DNA of 64,000 nt from Opitutales bacterium (lineage in GTDB: Bacteria; Verrucomicrobiota; Verrucomicrobiia; Opitutales; UBA2987), in the NCBI GenBank assembly GCA_965226885.1, contig CBDDEL010000017.1:256001-320000 (forward strand). The letters are read 5' to 3'. Below, in pieces: positions 41,166 through 52,516 of this stretch. Each line of letters starts with the position of its first letter. Position 1 is the stretch's first letter. The position numbers and the translations under genes are program-made. Below the pieces are notes generated by a model. That model made no database searches and was not told the origin of the DNA. It saw only the letters and a program-made list of their open reading frames with translations.

Positions 41166-42432
41166 CCTCGGCTGGGGCGATGTCAGTTTTCACGGCTCCC
41201 CCATCAGGACTCCGAATATTGACCGTCTGGCCGGAGAAGGCATCGAATTACGTCTGCCCTTCTGCCCTATGTGTACGCCCACCCGTGTCTGCCTGTTGAC
41301 CGGCCGCCACCCCGGTCGTTTCGGGGCGCATGCCACCAAGCCCTGCAACCCGCCCGTCCTGCCCGACGGTTATGCGACCCTGGCCACTGTTTTGCGCGAA
41401 CAAGGCTACGACACGGGCATCTTCGGCAAATGGCACCTGGGCTCGTCCCCGCAATACGGCCCCAATCAATTCGGTTTCAACAGTTCCTATGGGAGTCTCG
41501 CCGGGGGGGTCGATCCCTACAATCATCGTTACAAGCAGGGAGAGTTTTCCGTCACCTGGCACCGCAACGGCGAGCTGGTAGAAGAGACAGGGCACGTTAC
41601 CGACATGATTGTGAAAGAAGCCCGGGAATGGATCAAGAGTCGCGACCGGCCCTGGTTTTGCTATGTGCCCTTTACGGCCGTGCATGTGCCGATCAAGCCC
41701 GCCCAAGCCTGGTTGGATAGGTATGAATCAGAGCGCTATGATGAAGATCCTTTAAAAGACCGCTCCTATAAAAAATATGCCGCCTATGCGAGCCACATGG
41801 ATTATGCCATCGGCCAATTGCTGGAATCCCTGGAGCGAACCTGCCAGAGAGAAAACACGATTATCGTATTCAGCTCCGATAACGGCGCCATTAACGATTG
41901 CCCGCTGGACAAAACCGATTTGTATCCTGGCTGGCAGGAAGAATACCCGCGACTGGGCTCGAATGGTCCCTTGCGAGGGGTTAAAGCACAACTCTACGAA
42001 GGCGGAATACGCACCCCCACCATAATCAACTGGCGAATCCGGCTGCCTTCAGGAACTATGGACCACCCTGTGCATATGGTGGACTGGATGCCCACTTTTT
42101 CGCATCTTACGGGCGCCGAACCGCAAGACGACCCACGTTGGGATGGCATCGACATCTGGCCGTTATTATCGGAAACGGAGGCGCAACCCGAGGAACGGGA
42201 ATTATTTTGGAGTTTCAGAGGCGGCACAAAACTGGGCATGAGGCGGGGAGATTGGAAAATGATCTCAATCCAGGATGAAGGCGAAACTGCGGTGGAGCTT
42301 TTCAATATCGCAAACGATCCCTATGAAAAAAAGGATATCTCCGCCGATTACCCCATTTTAGTGGGAGAACTCACGGAGGCAATCCGGGAACAGCGACAAC
42401 TCGACGACACATCCAACCGAGACTTGTTATAA
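41104..42432 (+). CDS. Arylsulfatase (formylglycine-dependent)
   Basis: PNILYILADDLG, CTPTR, GKWHLG, SDNG and K..LYEGGIR; true start may be GTG at 41128. Confidence 0.9.
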   Translation: MNSKVKEKVEKPNILYILADDLGWGDVSFHGSPIRTPNIDRLAGEGIELRLPFCPMCTPTRVCLLTGRHPGRFGAHATKPCNPPVLPDGYATLATVLREQGYDTGIFGKWHLGSSPQYGPNQFGFNSSYGSLAGGVDPYNHRYKQGEFSVTWHRNGELVEETGHVTDMIVKEAREWIKSRDRPWFCYVPFTAVHVPIKPAQAWLDRYESERYDEDPLKDRSYKKYAAYASHMDYAIGQLLESLERTCQRENTIIVFSSDNGAINDCPLDKTDLYPGWQEEYPRLGSNGPLRGVKAQLYEGGIRTPTIINWRIRLPSGTMDHPVHMVDWMPTFSHLTGAEPQDDPRWDGIDIWPLLSETEAQPEERELFWSFRGGTKLGMRRGDWKMISIQDEGETAVELFNIANDPYEKKDISADYPILVGELTEAIREQRQLDDTSNRDLL

Positions 42433-42890
42433 TCGAGGAATATTTTTCCAATGAGTTAGAAACAGGAATATCCCGATAAATTCAATGCCGAACCCAAAGG
42501 CTGTAAGATCTACACCTTTATCGGCTTGCTCGGAACGGGCGTTTTCAGCTATCAAGCGTATAATTGGATTGTTTGAGTATTATGAATAAGCATATTTTCC
42601 TGGTAATTTCGATTTGCTTGATTGCTTGCGCATATGGCTTTGGCGGAGATTTTAGAAACAACAATTGGGGAGACTCGAAATCGGATGTTCGCAAAGCGGA
42701 AAAATCACCCTTTCACCACGAACGAAGCAACGAATTGGCATACTTCAATTCCGAAATCCCGGGTATTATTGGAGGCGTGATTTACTATTTTAAAGACGAC
42801 CGATTGGACGGTGGAAAATTTGTTTCCAGAAACAGCAATCGAACCCCTGAGGAAACCTACCGTGATTACCTTAAACTTCAAACCTACTTT

Positions 42891-44215
42891 TGATGTGCAC
42901 TGGAAAAAGTGGACACGAGATTCTCCTAAATGGAGAATCGAAGCATGGGAAGAAGACGCAGTATAGAGTTCAAAAATGAGGCAGTTCAACTGATGATACT
43001 CGATGGTCTGAGCGCCACCGAGGTATCGACCAAACTTGGGGTCAACACCAACCAATTGTATAGGTGGAAGAGGCTCTATCTGGACGATCAGCAGGGCGAA
43101 GCCACCTCAAAGCGACAGAGCAGTCCGAAGGAGATGGCGGCCGAGATAGATCGTCTTCGCAAAGAGCTGCGCCGCTCGGAGCGGATCAACCAGATACTAA
43201 AAAAAACGGTGGGCTACTTTGCCAAGGACGAACAATGAAGTACCAGTTTGTCAAAGACAACGAGGGGCGCTTCAAGATCGAGGAAATATGCTCGGCGATG
43301 GGGATTTGTCGCAGTGGCTATTACTGCTGGAGGCACCGAGCGCCCTCGGCCCGGCGGATCGAGGACGAGGGAATCAAGGGGGCGATCCTGAAGGTACACA
43401 AAGAGGCCAAGGGCCGCTATGGGCATCGGCCAATGCACCGCCATCTGAAGGATGATGAGGGCATCGATTGCGGCCGTGACCGGGCTCTGCGTCTGATGCG
43501 TGAAATGGGAATCAAAAGCACCCAGAGTAAACGCTTTAAGCCATTAAAAACCAACAGTAACCATCCCTATGGTTACAGCCCCAATGTGCTTAAAAAGCAT
43601 GGCCAGCCGACCCATATCGACGAGGTCTGGGTGGCGGACACGACCTACCTACGGACCCTGGCCGGTTGGATGTACTTGGCCACGGTGATGGACCTGTTCA
43701 GCCGACGCCTGCTGGGCTGGAGCGTTTCCAACCACAACGACGCGAAGCTGGTTGGCAAGGCCCTCAAAGCCGCGGCCATGACCCGCGGCACACTGCGCAC
43801 CGGGATTATTCATCACAGCGATCGGGGCAGCCCCTACGCCAGCGACGACTATCAGAGGCTGGTCTCTGAACTAGGCATGAAGCCGAGCATGAGCGCCCAA
43901 GGCAACTGCTACGACAACGCGGCCATGGAATCGTTCTACGGCCGCTTCAAGACCAGCACGATTCGAGGCCGCCACTTTGCCGACGAGCGCGAACTGCGAT
44001 CAACTGTCTTCGAATACGTGGAAATCTTCTACAACCGATATCGCAAACATTCCTCTCTGAGTTACCAAAGCCCAGTCCAATTCGAGGAAAATATTTGCCC
44101 CCCATGGGGGGCAACGAGAAAACAAAACCCTTTACCAAAACAAGCCGCCTGACACACTAATCAATAAACAATGAATATAAGAGAATCCCGTGTCCAACAA
44201 ATCCAGTACACGTCA
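42891..44215 (+). mobile_element. IS3-family element type A, copy 3
   Basis: Same IRs; TSD CTTT; 3-bp deletion in orfA. Confidence 0.93.
42930..44152 (+). CDS. IS3-family transposase (orfA 42930-43238, orfB 43235-44152)
   Basis: OrfB identical to copy 2. Confidence 0.9.
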
Positions 44216-44560
44216 CTTTGATCTAAAATCCGGGTTTCACCAAAAAGAAGATTGGCAATGGAACAATGAGATTTATAAAGGCATGCCTGAGAAAACCGGA
44301 GAAGCGATCGCCAAAGGCCATCTCAAAATTATATCCCATTGGCAATACCAACACTGAGGTCAAGCTCGTCATAGAAAAGAGGCGTGAGAATATATCCGTC
44401 CGTGCTTTTTTTACAATCACTGAAAATGAGGCTGAATAATCCTTTAATTTTCAATCACGGATTGCACGAATAATTTTTTTTAAATGACGCTTTCTCTATT
44501 TGGGAAATCTGTGGTTTTATTTATAAAGCATTAGGGCTCAATTAAAAACCTGTATTAGGC

Positions 44561-46641
44561 ATGCCATTTATCCACGACAATTTTCTGCTTCAAAATAAGA
44601 CGGCGGAGCGACTTTATCACCAACACGCTGCCGACCGCCCCATCATCGATTACCACTGCCACTTGCTTCCGGCGGATTTAGCCGATAATCGGCGTTACCG
44701 GAATTTGACGGAAATTTGTCTGGAGGGCGACCACTATAAATGGCGGGCCATGCGGGCTCATGGCGAACCGGAGAGATTCATTACCGGAGAGGCCGATCCG
44801 AAGGAAAAATTTATGGCTTTTGCCCGAACAGCGCCCCACACCTACCGCAACCCTCTTTACCATTGGACGCACCTGGAATTGAAGGTAGTGTATTAAGTAG
44901 GAATGGTGGCTAATTCTTGATTATATTGATGAATGAAAAGTCTCAGACAGGTTTCATGCATACTCTTAAGCTTGGAAAAGGAGAGGGTTTTGCGTGTGAA
45001 ACGACCCAGTCGTTGGCGCAGGGTATTGTTCCATCGTTCCACATGGGCCGTTTCACCGGTTTCTTTTCCCACGGATCGGTTATGAGGAATGACTTCATCA
45101 TAAGTGCTCCAAAAGTCGCTGTAGGTGGCACATCTTTTGTAGGCCCGTGGCAGACGCTCGTAAAGTTCCCGGCAACGATACCAATCCCGAGGCCCAATGG
45201 CATAGGAGAGGATTTGACGGGTGCGTCGGCAAAGAGCGATCCAAACCCATTGGGCATCGCTCTTGCGCCCCACAAAAGACCACAGTTCGTCCAGTTCAAT
45301 GACATCATGGCGGCGGGCCGCAAGAATCGTGCTTTTGAGCGGTCGCAGCGATTGTCGTTTTTTTTAACCAACTCAAAACGGTGTTGGGACTCACCCCGAA
45401 GGCGCGCTGTAAACCGCGTAGACTGCTGCGTTCCTGATAGACTCGAAGGATCATTTCTTTTTGCTCTTCGGTGTATTTCACTGTGGGGTTTTCGCGGCTT
45501 TGTTTACCACAATCATGGCAGCGGTAGCGCTGTTTATGGTTGGGCGTCTTGCCAAATTTAATGATATTTTCACTTCCACAGTGCCGACAATTAATAATTT
45601 TAGTAACCATGCACTAAGAATAAACTGCCTAACGCTATTTGTACAGCTAAAAATACAAAATAACATTCTTTTTTTATACACTACCTAATTGAAGCGTTAT
45701 TTCGGAATTGATGATTTGCTCAACGAAGAGAGCGCCGAAGCAATCTGGGATCAGGCTAACGAGGCTCTGCAACAACCTCAACTATCGACCTGGGGCATCC
45801 TCGACAAATTTAAAGTGGAGGCAATCGGCACTACCGACGACCCGACCGATACTCTTGATCACCACGCCGCGTTGGGCAAAAGCGAATGCCCTGCCAGGGT
45901 GGTTCCAACCTTCCGCCCCGACAATGCCTTGAAAGTGGAAATTCCGCAAAACTGGAATGCCTGGGTGGACAAACTGGAACAGGCCAGCGGGCAAAATTGT
46001 TCAACTTTGAATGAATTTCTCGATGCTCTTGCTTCCAACCGGACCAGGCGGAAGGGTTTGCCGGTTTTATGCTCACCCAACTGGCCGAAATTTATTACGA
46101 AAAAGGCTGGGTTATGCAGTTTCACCTGGGCGCAATACGCAACGTGAATACCTACATCCTCAATACGCTCGGGCCCGACACTGGATGCGATTCGACGGGC
46201 GATTACCCTCAGGCTCAAGCCCTGGCGGCGTTCCTGGGCGAACTCTCCCAACGGGGCAAGCTCCCCAAAACTATCCTCTATAATTTGAACCCGTCCGACA
46301 ACTATCTCTTCGCCACCATGTGCGGCAATTTTTTTGAAGAAGGAGTTCCGGGAAAAATGCAGTTCGGCAGTGGCTGGTGGTTTCTCGACCAAATGGATGG
46401 AATGACCTGGCAATTAAATGCCCTCAGCAATACCGGGCTGCTCAGTCATTTTGTCGGCATGTTGACGGATTCCCGCAGCATTATGAGCTACCCCCGGCAC
46501 GAATACTTTCGCCGCCTGCTATGCAATTTAATCGGCGATGAAATCGAAAAACGTTTGCTGCCCGACGATATCGAAATGGCCGGAAAATTAATCGAAAGAG
46601 TTTGCTACAATAACGCCCTCAATTATTTCAAGTTCCGTTAA
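44561..46641 (+). pseudogene. uxaC: Glucuronate isomerase, IS1-interrupted with an internal deletion/frameshift
   Basis: IIDYHCHL, GDHYKWRAMR, NPLYHWTHLEL, TTDDP, GSGWWFLDQ and GMLTDSRS..YPRHEYFRR; break at 44883/45686 and frame change near 46040. Confidence 0.93.
44884..45685 (-). mobile_element. IS1-family element, copy 1 (insA 45305-45610, insB 44893 to about 45370)
   Basis: IRs GGTAGTGTAT/ATACACTACC; 8-bp TSD (G/T)AATTGAA; Zn-ribbon InsA and InsB SDFW..Y / T..VERWNNTLR. Confidence 0.92.
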
Positions 46642-46739
46642 TATGGATGAGTTGGCCAAGGTTGTTAGAACAACTTTGAGGTGAAATTAAGATGGACATG
46701 GCGCATTTTATTTGTGCAGATAATGAACCTAAAATTTAT

Positions 46740-47541
46740 GGTAGTGTATTAAGTAGGAATGGTGGCTAATTCTTGATTATATTGATGAATGAAAAGTCTC
46801 AGACAGGTTTCATGCATACTCTTAAGCTTGGAAAAGGAGAGGGTTTTGCGTGTGAAACGACCCAGTCGTTGGCGCAGGGTATTGTTCCATCGTTCCACAT
46901 GGGCCGTTTCACCGGTTTCTTTTCCCACGGATCGGTTATGAGGAAAGACTTCATCATAAGTGCTCCAAAAGTCGCTGTAGGTGGCACATCTTTTGTAGGC
47001 CCGTGGCAGACGCTCGTAAAGTTCCCGGCAACGATACCAATCCCGAGGCCCAATGGCATAGGAGAGGATTTGACGGGTGCGTCGGCAAAGAGCGATCCAA
47101 ACCCATTGGGCATCGCTCTTGCGCCCCACAAAAGACCACAGTTCGTCCAGTTCAATGACATCATGGCGGCGGGCCGCAAGAATCGTGCTTTTGAGCGGTC
47201 GCAGCGATTGTCGTTTTTTTTAACCAACTCAAAACGGTGTTGGGACTCACCCCGAAGGCGCGCTGTAAACCGCGTAGACTGCTGCGTTCCTGATAGACTC
47301 GAAGGATCATTTCTTTTTGCTCTTCGGTGTATTTCACTGTGGGGTTTTCGCGGCTTTGTTTACCACAATCATGGCAGCGGTAGCGCTGTTTATGGTTGGG
47401 CGTCTTGCCAAATTTAATGATATTTTCACTTCCACAGTGCCGACAATTAATAATTTTAGTAACCATGCACTAAGAATAAACTGCCTAACGCTATTTGTAC
47501 AGCTAAAAATACAAAATAACATTCTTTTTTTATACACTACC
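46740..47541 (-). mobile_element. IS1-family element, copy 2 (insA 47161-47466, insB 46749 to about 47225)
   Basis: Near-identical to copy 1; perfect 8-bp TSD AAATTTAT. Confidence 0.93.
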
Positions 47542-47592
47542 AAATTTATTAATCAAGATATAATAATCAAATTTAACTAACGGCGGATATTT

Positions 47593-48411
47593 GTGTTGAA
47601 AGCGGTAACGGAAAAACAATGGCTGCAGTTTAAAGACGAGGGCTGGCTCAAGCTGGACGAGCGTTTGGGCGAAAAACACCTCAAGGCCCTGCAGAACGAA
47701 ATTGATGCCATCATGCTCGGGAAGGCCGACCTTGATTACGATCGGATCATGATGCAGTTGGACACTTCTACCGGCAGCTATGGCGACATTGGCGAGCCAA
47801 CCAACGGGCACAAGGGCTCCACTCTGGATTACCGAAAAATTCAGAATCTCGAGTTCGACCCAGTCTTTTTGGCATACGCGCAGCGCCCTATTTTTAAAGA
47901 TTTTTGCTCCCGCCTCTACGGCCCCGATACTCCCATCACAACCTTTCGCTGCATGTTTATGAACAAGCCCGCCAAGCGCGGCACATGGCTGCCCTGGCAT
48001 CAGGACCGCTGGAATGTTCTCGACCGCGACCCCATTCTCACCGTTTGGACCGCCCTCGACCCGGCCACGATCGAAAACGGCTGTGTGCAAATCATACCGG
48101 GCAGCCATAAATTTGGCCTCATCAATCCTGAACACGCCTCAGGCTTTTTGACCAAAGCGCAGGGGGAAGAATTTTGCCCCGACAAGAAGCGTATCTACCT
48201 CGAACTGGAAGCCGCCGAGGTCGCTTTGCTTCACAACCATTTGCTGCATGCCTCCGATGTCAACCGCAGCAGCCAAAGCCGGCGCGCCTTCAGTGTTTGT
48301 TATATGGATGGAGCGACCAAGAACACAAAAAACGCAACGCCCTATACTCGAATTTTCGGCCCAAACGCGCTGACCGTGGAGGACCTTAAGGCAGCCAGAG
48401 CGTCCCGTTAG
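47593..48411 (+). CDS. Phytanoyl-CoA dioxygenase (PhyH) family Fe(II)/2OG oxygenase
   Basis: NKP...WHQD, WTALD...ENGC..IIPGSH, LLHAS and RRA. Confidence 0.88.
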   Translation: MLKAVTEKQWLQFKDEGWLKLDERLGEKHLKALQNEIDAIMLGKADLDYDRIMMQLDTSTGSYGDIGEPTNGHKGSTLDYRKIQNLEFDPVFLAYAQRPIFKDFCSRLYGPDTPITTFRCMFMNKPAKRGTWLPWHQDRWNVLDRDPILTVWTALDPATIENGCVQIIPGSHKFGLINPEHASGFLTKAQGEEFCPDKKRIYLELEAAEVALLHNHLLHASDVNRSSQSRRAFSVCYMDGATKNTKNATPYTRIFGPNALTVEDLKAARASR

Positions 48412-48597
48412 AAAAAAGAATTGCGGAGACAAGCCGTGGCGCCATGTCCTATGTCACCCAACTGGAATGCGCCCATTGCGGCAAATCATACGAAGCCGGC
48501 AGGGTGCACAATCTCTGCCCGGCTGTAAACGCCGGGGAAAAACCGGTACGGTAAAGAGGGCGCTTTAAAACCGGTACGCTTATCCTAGAAAGGAGGA

Positions 48598-50103
48598 GTG
48601 TATCGAGATATGAAGCAATGGACAAGAGTGCGGCACAAAGTGCTGCGGGACAAGCAGAGCAAGCGCTCTGTAATGCGAGAAGAGGGACTGCACTGGGAGA
48701 CCCTGGGAAAGATGCTGGCCTATTCCCAGCCGCCGGGATACCGGCGCAAGAAGAGGCGAGAGCGCAAGATCGATCCGTATGTGGGCTGGATCGAGGAGGT
48801 GCTCAAAGCGGACCGGAACGTGCCCAAGAAGCAGCGCCATACGGCCAAACGGATCTACCAGCGTTTGGGTCGGGAGAAGGGCTACCAAGGGGGCTACACG
48901 GCGGTCAAGGAGGTGGTGGCCGAGCTGCGAGCGAGGCGGCGGGAAGTGTTCGTGCCGCTGGAGCACCGCCCCGGGGAGGGACAGGTGGACTTCGGTCATG
49001 CCCTGGTGAAGGAGGCGGGGCAATTGCGTAGGCGGCCATTTTTTGCCATGAGCCTGCCCTACAGCGATGCCTTTTTCGTGCAGGTGTTCGAACGGGAGTG
49101 CACGGAGAGCTTCTGGGAGGGGCACCTGCGAGCTTTTGAGTTTTTCGGGGCGGTGCCCCGGCGCATCAGCTATGACAACTCGAAGGTGGCGGTGGGTAAG
49201 ATTATCGGTTCGCGTGAACGCAAGCTGACCGACGGGTTTCTGCAGCTACAGAGCCATTACCTGTTCGAGGAACACTTCTGTCTGCCCGCCCGGCCCAACG
49301 AGAAGGGCGTGGTCGAGGGGATCGTGCGTTATGCCCGGGCCAACTTCCTGGTACCGGTACCGCAGGTTCGGGACCTGGAGGAACTCAACGCAAAGCTGTT
49401 GGAGGCATGTGAGCGGGACATGGAGCGTAAATTACGCGGGAAAAGGGCGGTGAAAAAGGAACTGCTGGCCGAGGAGCGCGCCGTCATGCTGGCGTTGCCG
49501 CCCATACCCTTTGAAGCGAGCCGCAAACGCTCGACCTGCGTCAGCAGCCTCTCGCTGGTGCGCTTCGAGTGCAACGACTATTCGGTGCCGGTGCGCTGCG
49601 CCCACCATCCGGTGGTGGTGGAAGGGTCCTGTCGGCAGGTGGTGATCTTCTGTGGGGGCCAAGAGGTGGCCCGGCACCGCCGCATTTGGGATAAAGAGCA
49701 AGTCTCTTTCGAGCCGGTGCACTACCTGGCTTTGCTGGAGAAAAAACCGGGCGCTTTGGACTTCGCCCGCCCACTCTCGGGCTGGCAGTTGCCGCAGTGC
49801 CTGCAGGTCCTCAGACGCCGGCTCGAAAGCCAATGCGGGGGCGAAGGCACCCGGGAGTATATCCGGGTGCTGCGGCTGTTGGAGAAACACCCCATGGCGG
49901 CCTTGCAGCAGGCCGTCGTCTCGGCCCTGCGGGTGGGGGGACTGACTCGTGAGGCCATCGCCCAGTATCTCTATCCTCAGGAAGACTACGGGAGCAGAAC
50001 CTTCCGGCTGGACGGCCATCCACACCTGCGTCACGTCCGTGTGGCCGCCCCTGACCTCGGTGCCTACAGCGAACTGCTCAAGATTCCAGGAGGGGCTTTA
50101 TGA
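48598..50103 (+). CDS. istA: IS21 transposase IstA
   Basis: QVDFG, YDN and EKGVVE DDE motifs. Confidence 0.93.
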   Translation: MYRDMKQWTRVRHKVLRDKQSKRSVMREEGLHWETLGKMLAYSQPPGYRRKKRRERKIDPYVGWIEEVLKADRNVPKKQRHTAKRIYQRLGREKGYQGGYTAVKEVVAELRARRREVFVPLEHRPGEGQVDFGHALVKEAGQLRRRPFFAMSLPYSDAFFVQVFERECTESFWEGHLRAFEFFGAVPRRISYDNSKVAVGKIIGSRERKLTDGFLQLQSHYLFEEHFCLPARPNEKGVVEGIVRYARANFLVPVPQVRDLEELNAKLLEACERDMERKLRGKRAVKKELLAEERAVMLALPPIPFEASRKRSTCVSSLSLVRFECNDYSVPVRCAHHPVVVEGSCRQVVIFCGGQEVARHRRIWDKEQVSFEPVHYLALLEKKPGALDFARPLSGWQLPQCLQVLRRRLESQCGGEGTREYIRVLRLLEKHPMAALQQAVVSALRVGGLTREAIAQYLYPQEDYGSRTFRLDGHPHLRHVRVAAPDLGAYSELLKIPGGAL

Positions 50104-50867
50104 AGGAAGAAAAAAACCAGCTGCTGTTACACCATCACCTCAAGAAACTGAAGTTGCCCACCATCCTGCGCGAATGGCCGGCGGTGGCCGCGGCTTGTTC
50201 CCGGGACCGGCTCGATTACGCCGCCTTTTTGTTGCATCTGGTCGAACGGGAGCTCATTGAACGCGAACAGCGGGCCGCCCAGCGGCGGATCAAAAACGCC
50301 CGTTTCCCCGTGCTCAAGACCCTCGAGAGCTTCGCCTTTGAAGCGCAGCCCTCGATCAACGAAGCGCTCATCCGAGAGCTCATGCGCGGGGAGTATGTCG
50401 ACCAGCGCGAAAACGTGCTGCTCCTCGGTAACGCCGGTACCGGTAAAACGCACCTGGCCACCGCCCTGGGCTTTGCCGCCTGTGCCCAGGGCCGGCGGAT
50501 CCGTTTCTTCGGGGTCACCGCCCTGGTTACCCATATGCTCGAGCAACGCGACAACCACGACCTGCAGCGCTTCATGAAGCAACTCGAAAGGCTCGACCTA
50601 CTCATCCTCGACGAACTCGGTTACGTCCCTTTTTCCAAGACCGGTTCCGAACTGCTCTTCGACGTGGTCAGCCGCGCTTACGAGCGCACCAGTCTCATCG
50701 TCACCACCAACCTGCCCTTTGAGAACTGGATCGAAGTGCTCGGTTCCGAACGGCTCACCGGAGCTCTGCTGGACCGACTCACCCATCGGGTGCATATCCT
50801 CGAAGCCAACGGGCAAAGCTACCGCTTGCGCGATGCTCGACGCCGTCGCCGTGGCCCAAAACAATAA
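50100..50867 (+). CDS. istB: IS21 helper ATPase IstB
   Basis: GNAGTGKTH, LLILDELGY, TTNL and LDRLTH. Confidence 0.94.
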   Translation: MKEEKNQLLLHHHLKKLKLPTILREWPAVAAACSRDRLDYAAFLLHLVERELIEREQRAAQRRIKNARFPVLKTLESFAFEAQPSINEALIRELMRGEYVDQRENVLLLGNAGTGKTHLATALGFAACAQGRRIRFFGVTALVTHMLEQRDNHDLQRFMKQLERLDLLILDELGYVPFSKTGSELLFDVVSRAYERTSLIVTTNLPFENWIEVLGSERLTGALLDRLTHRVHILEANGQSYRLRDARRRRRGPKQ

Positions 50868-52193
50868 ACGCCTTGGGCCCGGCTCGTCGGCCTCCGGCCT
50901 CCTCACCGACCCCAAGCCAATCCCCAAAACCAACTCCCAAACCCTAAACCTTGACGTACCTGCAATTACTAACCTAAACCTTATTCCAAGCGTACCGGTT
51001 TTACCCCGACCCCCGTACCGGTTTCATCCCGGCGTTTACACCCGGCCTGCCAGCGGCCGCTTTGGGTCCGCTACGACCTTGAAGCGGTCAGGAAAAATCT
51101 CGATAAAAAGGACCTCAAGAACCGGCCGCATACCCTCTGGCGATACCTCGAGCTTCTGCTCGTCACCGACCCGGCTAACATTGTTTCGCTAAGCGAGGCC
51201 ATTACCCCGATCCTGGCAACGCCGCGGCTTGGCCGGCATTTCGGGCTGAAACGCCTGCTCATCAAGGATGAGAGCCGACTGCCAACGGGAAGCTTCAAAG
51301 CCCGTGGGATGGCTTTGGCCGTAACCATGGCCAAGGAGTTCGGGCTCAAAAAAATGGCCGTTCCGACGGCCGGAAACGCTGGTGGAGCATTGGCTGCTTA
51401 CGCCGCGCGCGCAGGAATGAAATCGTGGGTGTTCATGCCGGAGGATACCCCCGCCATCAATATGAAGGAATGCATTCTGGCTGGCGCTAAGTCCTATATC
51501 GTCAACGGCCTGATCGACGATTGCGGCAAAATCGTGGCCCAGGGGGAAAAAGAAAAAGGCTGGTTCAACGTCTCCACCCTCAAGGAACCCTATCGTATTG
51601 AGGGCAAAAAGACGATGGGGTTCGAACTGGCCGAACAACTCGACTGGAATCTTCCGGACGTCATCCTCTATCCCACCGGCGGAGGCACGGGATTAATCGG
51701 CATGTGGAAAGCCTTCGCAGAGCTGGAGGCGATGGGCTGGTTGAAATCGAAGAAAAAGCCCCGCATGATTGCCTGCCAGAGCTCCGGCTGCGCTCCAATC
51801 GTAAAGGCATTTGAGCAGGGTAAACGCTTCGCGGAATATTTTCAGAATGCCTCGACCATGGCCGCCGGATTGCGTGTGCCGTCGGCCATCGGCGATTTCA
51901 TGATTATCGACGCGGTGAAGGAAAGCAATGGCACTGCCATGGCTGCGCCCGAGGAAGACATTCCACGATGGATGCGTCTGGCGGCGACCCTGGAAGGCAT
52001 CACGCTATGTCCGGAGAGTGCCGTCTGCCTGGGCGTTCTCAATCGGCTGGTCGAAAAAGGCGCTATCGAGCGGCACGAGCAAGTGGTCATCTTCAATACC
52101 GGCGCGGCCCAAAAATACCCGCAAACTATCGAGGCAAAACTGCCCAAAATCAACTTCAACCACCCCATTCCCTGGAACAAAATCTGACGCCTT

Positions 52194-52481
52194 TTATTCG
52201 AGGATCAGAGCGTCCTCGATTTCCACGACGAGGCGCCAAGTCATTTCTTTGGAGTCATAGACGATATCGAAATACCTGTCGTCTTTTGTCCTGACCACGA
52301 AATGCACGCTGGTGGACTGGCCTACCCTGTCCGTGTAGCTTCGTCGAATCTCGACAATCCGGTAGCTTTCTCCCGAGGGCAGGTCAAAGCACAGTGGGGT
52401 AATTCTCCTGATAAAGCGGGGGGTTTTGTAGGCTGCAAAAACAGCCGTCACATTGATTTTTCTGATTTTCGAGTTGAACAT
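52194..52481 (-). CDS. Small hypothetical protein divergent from dinB
   Basis: 95-aa ORF that fills the gap exactly; beta-rich with an F.IVYD....W.L tail. Confidence 0.6.
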   Translation of the reverse strand: MFNSKIRKINVTAVFAAYKTPRFIRRITPLCFDLPSGESYRIVEIRRSYTDRVGQSTSVHFVVRTKDDRYFDIVYDSKEMTWRLVVEIEDALILE

Positions 52482-52516
52482 GGAGCGATACTGCCTTATA
52501 TGAACATTCGTTTACT

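Larger units (their letters stand above)
42582..44439 (+). pseudogene. Secreted hypothetical protein interrupted by an IS3-family element
   Basis: Signal peptide plus DFRNNNWG; the frame continues after TSD CTTT as FDLKSGFHQKEDWQW...; further frameshift near 44350. Confidence 0.65.
48524..51040 (+). mobile_element. IS21-family element
   Basis: TGTAAACGCCGGG / CCCGGCGTTTACA ends, repeated ACCGGTACG sub-terminal boxes, 6-bp TSD CCCGGC. Confidence 0.94.
48444..52187 (+). pseudogene. thrC: Threonine synthase interrupted by IS21
   Basis: MSYVTQLECAHCG..NLCP|ACQRPLWVRYD rejoins across the CCCGGC TSD; PTGSFKARG PLP-lysine motif, TAGNAG and PTGGGTG. Confidence 0.88.
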
